From Anaerolineae bacterium (lineage in GTDB: Bacteria; Chloroflexota; Anaerolineae; Aggregatilineales; Phototrophicaceae): a DNA stretch of 64,000 bases. The notes beneath the pieces are model-generated. The model worked only from the letters and a program-made list of their open reading frames with translations, did not search any database and was not told where the DNA came from. The position numbers and the translations under genes were made by a program. Below, in pieces: positions 35,907 to 45,463 of this stretch. Where the stretch lies: NCBI GenBank assembly GCA_034422695.1, contig DAOUJM010000014.1, positions 303,482 through 367,481 of the forward strand. The letters are read 5' to 3'. Within the stretch, counting starts at the first letter, position 1, and each line of letters starts with the position of its first letter.

Positions 35907-36273
35907 GGGCGTCCTCCACGTGGTCGATCCCCGTGCTTGCGCCCAGAGCGACGGCGATGACGTCCAGGCGCCAGTCGGCCTCCTCCTGATTGTTTTCCGC
36001 CAGCCAGGACTGGACGGCCGCCACGAGGCGCTGTCGTTTGCGCGTCGTGATGCTGGCGAAGGCGTCCTCCGTCTGCCGCTGACGGCGCGTCCGGACCTCG
36101 ACGAAGACCAGCGTCCCGGCCAGGCGGGCCACGATGTCCAGTTCGCCATGGGCGCAGTGCCAGTTGGCCGCGAGGATCTGATACCCGCGCGCTTCCAGAT
36201 AGCGCGTCGCCAGCATTTCGCCCTGACGGCCGATTCGTCGTGTATGAGTCACTCTGGCCTGTCTCCGCAGCAC
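35896..36273 (-). CDS. yraN: YraN family (UPF0102) endonuclease-like protein
   Basis: GEMLATRYLEARGYQILAANW...ELDIVA...LVFVEVRTR pattern. The exact start is uncertain. Confidence 0.75.
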   Translation of the reverse strand: MLRRQARVTHTRRIGRQGEMLATRYLEARGYQILAANWHCAHGELDIVARLAGTLVFVEVRTRRQRQTEDAFASITTRKRQRLVAAVQSWLAENNQEEADWRLDVIAVALGASTGIDHVEDALDW

Positions 36274-36363
36274 GCCCTGACGGCAGCAGCGGGATTGTAA
36301 TCAGACCCTGGCCAGGCTACCATGCGCGGCGGCCAGGGACGGTAATGGAGCAGGGGGCGGGGC

Positions 36364-38469
<2,106 letters not shown>

Positions 38470-38490
38470 ACCGGCGGGCAGAGCGAATGC

Positions 38491-38829
38491 TCAGGGGCGG
38501 CTCATGCCAGAGTCGCCCTTTTGGTTGGCCGGGTCGTCACCTCTCAATACCGGACGGAACTTGTAGCCGTAGACAATTGAGCCGCTTTCCCCCTCGCTGT
38601 ACAGGCGGCGCGTGACCATTTCGACGCGAGCGCCGATCTGCGGCGGGTCTTCCAGGTCGGTCAGTTGCGCGGTGACGAGCGGGCCTTCGTCCAGGCGAAT
38701 CAGGGCCAGGGCGTAGGGCGCCTGTTCCTCAAAGCCGGCGGGTGGGGCGGTCAGAATGGTGAAACTGTAGATTTCGCCGCTGCCGGCGAACTGGAACTGC
38801 TCTGCATCAAGGGCCGGATCGGTTCTCAC
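38491..38829 (-). CDS. DUF35 OB-fold domain protein (partner of the archaeal-type thiolase/HMG-CoA synthase complex), lacking its N-terminal zinc ribbon in this frame
   Basis: [10 protein letters not shown]...[20 protein letters not shown]...GARVEMV pattern. GTG start at 38829. Confidence 0.6.
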   Translation of the reverse strand: MRTDPALDAEQFQFAGSGEIYSFTILTAPPAGFEEQAPYALALIRLDEGPLVTAQLTDLEDPPQIGARVEMVTRRLYSEGESGSIVYGYKFRPVLRGDDPANQKGDSGMSRP

Positions 38830-38836
38830 CAGGGTG

Positions 38837-38992
38837 TCAGACCCTGGCCGGCGCCGGCGCGGTCAATGCCGGTTGAGGACGCACAACGGTGACCAGCGGC
38901 CGTTGCTGCAGGCTCAGTTTGCCATCCTGGCGGCGAAACCCCTGCAGGCGATAGCGCTGTGCCCTGAGACGCCAGTTACGTGATATCTGCAT
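38837..38992 (-). pseudogene. Possible detached or frameshifted N-terminal segment of the DUF35 protein (zinc-ribbon-like region without cysteines)
   Basis: MQISRNWRLRAQRYRLQGFRRQDGKLSLQQRPLV resembles the usual DUF35 N-terminus (xRYWRxxxQRYRLxGxxCxxCGxxxFPPRxxC). Every Cys position is substituted. It is in a different frame from the 38491-38829 ORF. Confidence 0.35.
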
Positions 38993-39049
38993 CGCTGCCG
39001 TTCCATCCCTGATGCGAAGCGTCGTTGCAATCATGATAGCGGCGGGGGG

Positions 39050-39150
39050 CTGTCAATTGCTGTCAGCCGGCGCCGAAACACTGTCGAATGCTGTCAACCC
39101 TGGCGGTTGCGGGGCGAAAAAACTTTCAATAACTGTCAATTGCCCTGACA
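39050..39150. promoter_or_regulatory. Three copies of a 17-bp motif (CTGTCAATTGCTGTCAG 39050-39066; CTGTCGAATGCTGTCAA 39081-39097; variant CTGTCAATTGCCCTGACA 39133-39150) upstream of the DUF35 gene
   Basis: Read directly from the intergenic region between the Gfo/Idh/MocA stop and the DUF35 start. A fourth copy lies at 44113-44129. Confidence 0.5.
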
Positions 39151-39176
39151 AGGGAGGCTGCATAATGCGCGAAATG

Positions 39177-40223
39177 CTACGGCGTGGTGAACCCGACCCG
39201 GCGGCCGCTGCGGGCCGATTCGTAGGCGCCCAGTATCATCTCGATGCAGACGCGACCATCGGCGGCGCTTGCCAGTGGCCCGCGCTTTCCCTGCAAATAG
39301 TCGATCAGTGGGCGCGGCACGTCGCGGATGCGGTCACCATGGGGCCGCAGGGGGAAATCGAAGACCTCCCATGCGCCCGTCGCCTGGCGGTACAGCCTGA
39401 GGGCGACCGCGCCGGGCAAGAGCGGCACGTTGGCTGAGGGAACATCGCCGTGGTTCTGGATGATGCTGCCCGCATCGCCCAGGATTTCGGTGGTGTTTTC
39501 CGCCGCCAGGGTGGTGGAACTGTTGAGCAGGACGCCGATTGCACCGCCCGCAAAGCGGTAAATGGCGACGCCGTTGTCGTCCGGGGCGACGTCGGTGACG
39601 ATGTTGTCGATCTCGGCCACGACGCTGACCGGCCGGCCCAGCATCCAGTAGAGGAAGTCGGCGGCGTGGGAGGCGTCGTCCATGAACATGCCCATGTTTT
39701 GCAGCGGGTCGATGTGCCAGTTGCCGGGTCGGGCGAAGTCCGGGTTGAGCAGCATGGGAATGGCGTGGCGACGGCGCAACATGAAGACCTTGCCAACGGC
39801 GCCCTCGTCCAGCAGGGCTTTCATGCGCTGGTTGACCGGGTCGGCGCGCATCTGGTAGCAGATGCTGAACTTCACGCCGGCCGCGTCTACGGCGGCGGCG
39901 ATGGCATCGCAGTCCGCAAGACTGAGGGCCATCGGCTTTTGCAGCAGGACGTGCAGCCCGGCGCGGGCCGCGGCGATGCAGTGATCGGCATGCCGGTTGG
40001 TGGGGCTGGCCACAAACACGGCGTCCAGCTCCGGCCGCGCCAGCAGATCAGCCAGACGCGGGACGAACTCAAGGCCGAACTGTTCGCAGAATTGCGCGCC
40101 GCGCGCCGGATCATCGTCCCAGGCCGCAACAATCTGTGCGTCGTCGAATTCACGCATGACGTCCGCATAGACCCGCACGTGGCCGTGGGCGAAGCTGATG
40201 ATGCCGAGTTTCAGGGTGCGCAT
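39177..40223 (-). CDS. Gfo/Idh/MocA family NAD(P)-dependent oxidoreductase
   Basis: N-terminal Rossmann LKLGIISFAHGH and a QKP (EKP-type) motif. Confidence 0.8.
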   Translation of the reverse strand: MRTLKLGIISFAHGHVRVYADVMREFDDAQIVAAWDDDPARGAQFCEQFGLEFVPRLADLLARPELDAVFVASPTNRHADHCIAAARAGLHVLLQKPMALSLADCDAIAAAVDAAGVKFSICYQMRADPVNQRMKALLDEGAVGKVFMLRRRHAIPMLLNPDFARPGNWHIDPLQNMGMFMDDASHAADFLYWMLGRPVSVVAEIDNIVTDVAPDDNGVAIYRFAGGAIGVLLNSSTTLAAENTTEILGDAGSIIQNHGDVPSANVPLLPGAVALRLYRQATGAWEVFDFPLRPHGDRIRDVPRPLIDYLQGKRGPLASAADGRVCIEMILGAYESARSGRRVGFTTP

Positions 40224-40226
40224 GGT

Positions 40227-41270
40227 TCAGGCCCTCAACTTGCCGCGAAAACGGCAGTAGGTCGCATAGTCGATTTCGCTGCGCCGGGCGATGTAGTCGC
40301 GCGTGGCCGGCGCCCTGCCGCGGACGTCCCGGACCCGTTCCGTGACCTCCAGGTCGAAGGCGTCCGAGCCGGCGCCGCTGCCGTAGCTGACCATCAGGAT
40401 GCGGTCGCCGGGGTCGGCGATGTCCAGCACGGCGGTCAGCCCCAGCATGCAGGAGCCGGAATAGGTGTTGCCGATATCGCCGGCCAGCAGTCCCGCGCTG
40501 ACCTGGTCGGCGCCGAACCCCAGGGCGCGGGCCGCCCGTTGCGGGAACTTGACGTTGGGCTGGTGAAAGACCGCCCAGGCGTAATCGGCAGCCGTTGAAC
40601 GCATTTCTTCCATGAGGGCGCGCCCGGCGCTGATGCTGTGATTGAAGTAGGCCGGTTCGCCGGTGAAGCGGTCGCCGTGGCTGGGGTAGGGCTGACCTTC
40701 GCGACGCCAGAAATCGGGCGTGTCGGTGACGAAGCTGGCGCTGCCCAGAAAGCGGGCGCAGGCTTCCTGCGCCGGGCCCAGCAGGAAGGCCGCGCCGCCG
40801 GACGCAGCGGTGTATTCCAGGTCGTCACCGGGCCGGCCCTGGGCGGTGTCCATGCCGATGGCCAGGGTATAGCGTCCCATGCCGCTGCCGATGATGCCGA
40901 TGGAGGCCTGCACGGCTTCCGTGCCGGCCTTGCAGGCGAATTCAAGGTCGGCGGCCATGACGGCGGGCGTCGCGCCCACGCTTTCGGCGACGACGGTGCT
41001 GCTGGGCTTGACGGCGTAGGGGTGACTTTCGCTGCCGACCCAGACGGCGCGGACGTCGGCCGGATCCACCCTGGCGCGGGCGATGGCGTTGCGCGCGGCC
41101 TCGATGGACATGGTGATGACGTCCTCGTCCAGGCCGGCGACGGCCTTTTCGCGCACCGGGCTGCCGCCCCTGCCCTGCGTCCAGATGCGCGCTATTTCGC
41201 TGCCGGGCAGGCGGTAACGCGGGACGTAGGCGCCATAGCCGACGATGCCGACCTGGCTCACCGGTGACAT
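40227..41270 (-). CDS. Hydroxymethylglutaryl-CoA synthase, archaeal type
   Basis: [16 protein letters not shown]-terminus, [11 protein letters not shown] and catalytic Cys context [12 protein letters not shown] at 41270 has an AGGAG RBS. An alternative start exists at 41318. Confidence 0.8.
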   Translation of the reverse strand: MSPVSQVGIVGYGAYVPRYRLPGSEIARIWTQGRGGSPVREKAVAGLDEDVITMSIEAARNAIARARVDPADVRAVWVGSESHPYAVKPSSTVVAESVGATPAVMAADLEFACKAGTEAVQASIGIIGSGMGRYTLAIGMDTAQGRPGDDLEYTAASGGAAFLLGPAQEACARFLGSASFVTDTPDFWRREGQPYPSHGDRFTGEPAYFNHSISAGRALMEEMRSTAADYAWAVFHQPNVKFPQRAARALGFGADQVSAGLLAGDIGNTYSGSCMLGLTAVLDIADPGDRILMVSYGSGAGSDAFDLEVTERVRDVRGRAPATRDYIARRSEIDYATYCRFRGKLRA

Positions 41271-41318
41271 GGCAACTCCTTCGACATGGATGCCGCTTTT
41301 GGTCACGGTACGCTCCAT

Positions 41319-42870
41319 ATGTAGTTATCTGTTTGCAATTACTTGAGTTGGAAAATATCCATGGTTGAAGGTGCTTGTCCCCCGCTCCGGGGAACAAATG
41401 GAGGAAGATTTATTTTCTTCCCGGCAAGCAGATCTTCAACACTTACACCTTGTATTACAGGATATGTGCCGAGACTGTCACTAAATATCTCTCGATTCCT
41501 GTTGTTTTCTACTGTTTGCATGAAACGTCCGAAACAAACCAGAATGCCAGCTTTTACTCCATGCTTTTTTACAGTGTCATAGAGTCTTCCGACTGCATCT
41601 GGAGTCACCGAACCACTTTTTACCTGCACAATTGCGTACTCTGGTTTGGAAACCTCTCCAATGTTTATGGGATAGAATTCAATGACACCATCAACTCCTG
41701 CATCCGGGCCTCTTTCTCCGGGGTCACGGTACATCCCGTGAGCTCCAATGAAACCACAGGCCCATTTTTCAAACTCAAATCTGTCCCGGTTTGCCAGTTT
41801 CAAAGCATCTTCAACTGACGAGGGAGTACCGAATACCTGAATATGTGAATTATCCAGTGTGGGAATCCACGAAAGTATGCGCTCACGAACAAGACCTGTG
41901 GCAAATGAAGAAACGTCAATCCCTATCCAGCGGCGTTTTAGGTATTCGGCCGCATGCAGGGTCGTGCCACAGCCACAAAATGGGTCCAGCACCAAGTCTC
42001 CTTCATTCGAAGACGCAAGAATGATATGTCGTAATAGTGAGAGAGGTTTTTGCGTCGGGTATCCAAGTCGTTCTCTGGCATTTGGACGGATTGGTGGCAA
42101 CACAATCCAGTCCTGAGGCAACTTTCCACGCTCATCAAGCTTTACTTCCTCGAACTGAGAAGCATGTGCTGCATACTCCTCTCTTCCTTGAGATGCTTCT
42201 GAGTATGGTTGTCGCACATCATCAGGGTTAAACGTCCATGCATCACTTTTTGAATAAAACAAAAGGACATCATGTGTGCGGGCATAATATGACTTTGTAT
42301 TCCTTGGCCACGAGTAGCACCAAACCAGTTCGTTATGAAAAAATCGGTAACCGAAAATGCCGTCCATCAGCGACTTCAAGTAATGACTTGCTGTTGGGTC
42401 GCAGTGAAGATAGATGCTCCCGGAGTCTTTAAGTACCCGTTTCATCGGCTCCAATCGAGCAGCCATATTTACAAGATAGGCACCAAGATTGTTTTTGCTC
42501 GCGCGTCCACCAGATATCTCCAACGAGTACTCAACAAGATTTCCCAGATGTCTGGATTGAGGCCTTCTTTTAAATCTTTCAAGCAAAGTCTCTTCTTTGT
42601 CACCCCACTCCCAGGTATCCTTAAACGCCTCTACTGGTCTAAGTGTTTTGTCCTTTCCCTTGAAGGGAAGGTTGTAAGTGCTGTTTGAGTTGAATGGTGG
42701 ATCCAAATAAACCAGATCTACAGATCCATCCGGCATAATGTCTGGGTCGCTTAGAATATTCAGGCAGTCGTCAGCATAGAGAATGCGATTCATTCCAACT
42801 CCAGGGAAATTGATTTGACCAACTCTATAGCATATTGCATTCCAATGTTGCCATTGGCAACCATCTTTTC
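41319..42870. other. AT-rich compositional island (putative horizontally acquired DNA), one gene long
   Basis: There is an abrupt drop in GC. My hand count for 42790-42869 is 31 G+C of 80, and the rest looks low-40s % by eye, against mid-60s % flanks. I saw no integrase, tRNA or terminal repeats. Confidence 0.75.
41339..42793 (-). CDS. Fusion protein: beta-class N6-adenine/N4-cytosine DNA methyltransferase (aa 1 to ~335) plus C-terminal Mrr-like PD-(D/E)xK restriction endonuclease domain (aa ~336-484)
   Basis: Motif IV DPPF (aa 31-34) precedes motif I DPFCGCGTT, with YPTQKP in between. The C-terminal FEFEKW...DAGVDGVIEF...AIVQVKSG matches the Mrr_cat pattern (D...QxK). Confidence 0.8.
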   Translation of the reverse strand: MNRILYADDCLNILSDPDIMPDGSVDLVYLDPPFNSNSTYNLPFKGKDKTLRPVEAFKDTWEWGDKEETLLERFKRRPQSRHLGNLVEYSLEISGGRASKNNLGAYLVNMAARLEPMKRVLKDSGSIYLHCDPTASHYLKSLMDGIFGYRFFHNELVWCYSWPRNTKSYYARTHDVLLFYSKSDAWTFNPDDVRQPYSEASQGREEYAAHASQFEEVKLDERGKLPQDWIVLPPIRPNARERLGYPTQKPLSLLRHIILASSNEGDLVLDPFCGCGTTLHAAEYLKRRWIGIDVSSFATGLVRERILSWIPTLDNSHIQVFGTPSSVEDALKLANRDRFEFEKWACGFIGAHGMYRDPGERGPDAGVDGVIEFYPINIGEVSKPEYAIVQVKSGSVTPDAVGRLYDTVKKHGVKAGILVCFGRFMQTVENNRNREIFSDSLGTYPVIQGVSVEDLLAGKKINLPPFVPRSGGQAPSTMDIFQLK

Positions 42871-44088
42871 GGCGATTTCGCTCGCCCGTTCCGCCGGCGC
42901 GCCGGCGGCCAGCGCCAGTTGACGCGCGTGCAGGCTCATGTGGCCGCGTTGAATGCCTTCCGCGGCCAGGGCGCGCAGGGCGGCGAAATTCTGCGCCAGA
43001 CCGACGGCAGCCATGACTTCGGCCAGTTCCCGCGCCTGCGTGACCTTCATGATTTTCAGGGCGACGGCGGCCAGCGGGTGCACCCGGGTGGCGCCGCCAA
43101 CAGTGCCCACCGCCAGCGGCAACTCGAGCGAACCATGCAGGACGTTGTCGCCGTCCAGGCGCCAGCGCGACAGGCTGGCATAGCGGCCGTCGCGCGCGGC
43201 CCAGGCGTGGGCGCCGGCCTCAAGGGCGCGCCAGTCGTTGCCGGTGGCGACGGCCACGGCGTCGATGCCGTTCATGATGCCCTTGTTGTGCGTCGCCGCG
43301 CGCTGCGGATCAATCTCCGCCAGGGCCGTCGCCGCCACGATGCGCTGCGCGACTTCCAGGCCGGCCCGGCCCCCGTCATCCAGCTCACTGGCCGGCAAGT
43401 GACAGTTGGCGCGGGCCAGACGACGGTTCGCCAGGTTGCTGAGGATGCGCAGGTTGGCGCGGCCACCACTGAGCGCTTCCAGACGCGGCGCCAGTCCTTC
43501 GCAGATGCTGTTGACCAGGTTGGCACCCATGGCGTCGCGACAATCGATGACGATATTCACGACCAACATGGGGCCGACGGCGCTGTGCCGTAGCGGGCGC
43601 AACTCCAGCTCCCGCGCGCCGCCACCGCGCGCCACGAGGCTGCCGGCGAATCGGTTGGCCAGCTCCAGCAATTCATGCCGCGCCCGGTGAATGGCGGCCC
43701 GGGCGGTTTCGATTTCCGGTACGTTGATCAACTGCACCTGGCCGGTCATCAGGGGTTCATCGCTGCCGGCGTAAAAGCCGCCACTGCGGCGAAACAGGCG
43801 CGCGGCATTTCCCAGGGCCGCCACGACCGAGGGCTCCTCGATGGCCAGCGGCACCAGCAACTCGCGCCCGTTGACGATGAAATTCGGCGCAACGCCGAGG
43901 GGCAGGCCGTAGACGCCGATTGCGTTTTCGATCATCTGGCCGGCCAGACGCGGGTCCAGGCCGCTGCCCCCGGCCAGCAACGCCTGTTCGGCTTCGGTCA
44001 GTCCACTGAGTTGCGCCACTCGCGCCAGGCGCTCCTGCGGGGTGAGGCGATGAAGGCCGGGCAGGCGCGACGTGTATACTTCGTTCAT
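42790..44088 (-). CDS. mvaA: Hydroxymethylglutaryl-CoA reductase, class II
   Basis: ENAIGVYGLPLGVAPNF, LAIEEPSVVAA and GIQRGHMSLHARQ motifs. 432 aa. Confidence 0.9.
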   Translation of the reverse strand: MNEVYTSRLPGLHRLTPQERLARVAQLSGLTEAEQALLAGGSGLDPRLAGQMIENAIGVYGLPLGVAPNFIVNGRELLVPLAIEEPSVVAALGNAARLFRRSGGFYAGSDEPLMTGQVQLINVPEIETARAAIHRARHELLELANRFAGSLVARGGGARELELRPLRHSAVGPMLVVNIVIDCRDAMGANLVNSICEGLAPRLEALSGGRANLRILSNLANRRLARANCHLPASELDDGGRAGLEVAQRIVAATALAEIDPQRAATHNKGIMNGIDAVAVATGNDWRALEAGAHAWAARDGRYASLSRWRLDGDNVLHGSLELPLAVGTVGGATRVHPLAAVALKIMKVTQARELAEVMAAVGLAQNFAALRALAAEGIQRGHMSLHARQLALAAGAPAERASEIAEKMVANGNIGMQYAIELVKSISLELE

Positions 44089-44112
44089 GGGCCAGAATGT
44101 AGCAGGCGGGCG

Positions 44113-44129
44113 CTGTCATTTGCTATCAG
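44113..44129. promoter_or_regulatory. Fourth copy of the 17-bp motif (CTGTCATTTGCTATCAG), 25 nt upstream of the HMG-CoA reductase start
   Basis: Matches the first 39050-39150 copy (39050-39066) at 15 of 17 positions, and the second at 13 of 17. Lies in the divergent promoter region. Confidence 0.45.
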
Positions 44130-44185
44130 ATTGGTAGCCGCGCGATGTTGACTTCCTGTCAGGAGAGGCCGTCCAGAGATCAACC

Positions 44186-44974
44186 ATGAAAGCTGTTCAG
44201 CGATGCCTCTTGCTGTTGACTCTGTTGTGGCTGTTGCTCTGGCCGCATTCCACTGCAGCGCAGGATGGCACCCTGCGCCGCATCCGGGTGCCGATTCTGA
44301 TGTATCACTACGTTGGGCCCTTGCCCCGGGACGCCGACCGGCTGCGCATCGGCCTGACGGTGCGGCCGGAGGCCTTTCGCGACCAGCTGGCTTGGCTGCG
44401 CGGGGGTGGATACAGCAGCATCTCCTTCGACCAGCTCCACGCCGCCCTGCAGGATGGCGCCGCCTTGCCGGCGAAACCCGTCATTTTGAGCTTTGACGAC
44501 GGTTACCACGATCACTTCACCGTCGTCATGCCGCTGCTGCTGGAAGCGGGTTTTACGGGGACCTTTTTTGTCATCAGCGAAAGGGTGGACGCCCGGGACC
44601 CAAATCATCTGAACCGCGAGCAGGTCGCCATCATGGCGGCTGAAGGGATGACCATTGAATCCCACAGTCGGTCGCACCGGGACCTCGCCGGTCGTGACCG
44701 TGATTTACTGGTCTTCGAGCTGCTGGGCAGTCGGGAAACCCTGGGGGCCTACAGCGGCAGGGCGCCCAAAACGGTCGCCTGGCCCTTTGGCAGCCATGAC
44801 GGGCGGGCGCGCCAGGTCGCCAGGGAAGCCGGCTATCTGATGGCCGTGAGCACGCGCGCCGGCATACTGCACAGCAACACAGAACTCCACGATCTTGCGC
44901 GCATTCGCATCAACCGGGACCTGTCCACGCCCGGCTTCGCAAGTCTGGTCAGGGGTGACTGGTTCGACGGGTAG
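44186..44974 (+). CDS. Secreted polysaccharide deacetylase (NodB homology domain)
   Basis: Signal peptide, ILMYHYV and LSFDDGY motifs, ESHSRSH. Confidence 0.8.
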   Translation: MKAVQRCLLLLTLLWLLLWPHSTAAQDGTLRRIRVPILMYHYVGPLPRDADRLRIGLTVRPEAFRDQLAWLRGGGYSSISFDQLHAALQDGAALPAKPVILSFDDGYHDHFTVVMPLLLEAGFTGTFFVISERVDARDPNHLNREQVAIMAAEGMTIESHSRSHRDLAGRDRDLLVFELLGSRETLGAYSGRAPKTVAWPFGSHDGRARQVAREAGYLMAVSTRAGILHSNTELHDLARIRINRDLSTPGFASLVRGDWFDG

Positions 44975-45005
44975 CAGCCCCTGCAGCCGGCCTGGCCTGG
45001 CAAAG

Positions 45006-45269
45006 TCAGTCAGGCAGTATTCTGGTATCCAGAAAGTGGTCCAGCCAGACCATGAACAGCAGGGCCAGGGGCAGGGCGGTGGTGATGAAATAAATCGTGC
45101 CGTATTCACCGATGCCGATGGCTTCCGAGTTGACCGGCGTAATGATCGGGGGCAGGAAGATGGACGGTAGCATTGCGAAGCCGACCGTGATAATCAGGAA
45201 GGCGCCGAGCAGCCCGAGAGCAGTGGAGACTACCCAGACAATAATGCGTTTAATGGTCAACGAGGACAT
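45006..45269 (-). CDS. Small membrane protein (two hydrophobic segments), function unknown
   Basis: ORF of 87 aa with two clear hydrophobic stretches. No recognisable domain. Confidence 0.45.
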   Translation of the reverse strand: MSSLTIKRIIVWVVSTALGLLGAFLIITVGFAMLPSIFLPPIITPVNSEAIGIGEYGTIYFITTALPLALLFMVWLDHFLDTRILPD

Positions 45270-45463
45270 GCAGAGCCCCTGCTGGCATCACGTTTTACGG
45301 TGGGCGCAGTGTAGCGCGTAATCTCGCGGCGGACAAGGCGCAGTTGACACGCCGATACCACCGGTGGCAATCAGCCGCATAATTGAGCATAATGGCAAAC
45401 AGTTGGTGCTGTGGGTCTTTCCGTTCCATCAGGGGCCTGATTGCCCGGAGCAGGAGTCTGGTC

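Noticed and set aside
39012-39437. 141-aa plus-strand ORF with an AGGGAGG-like site before an internal ATG at 39165
   Set aside because: It runs antisense into the Gfo/Idh/MocA gene and has no domain similarity. The apparent RBS lies within the motif-bearing intergenic region.
41343-42688. Several 60-147-aa plus-strand ORFs inside the AT-rich island
   Set aside because: They are antisense to the methyltransferase-nuclease gene. They are short and hydrophobic or low-complexity, and are expected by chance in AT-rich DNA with fewer GC-biased codons.
41250-42900. Classical mobile-element hallmarks around the island (integrase, transposase, tRNA target, inverted or direct terminal repeats)
   Set aside because: None were found by eye. 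Only weak, short similarities exist (ttgcaatt versus ttgcattcc). I therefore do not call it a transposon or integrative element, only a compositional island.
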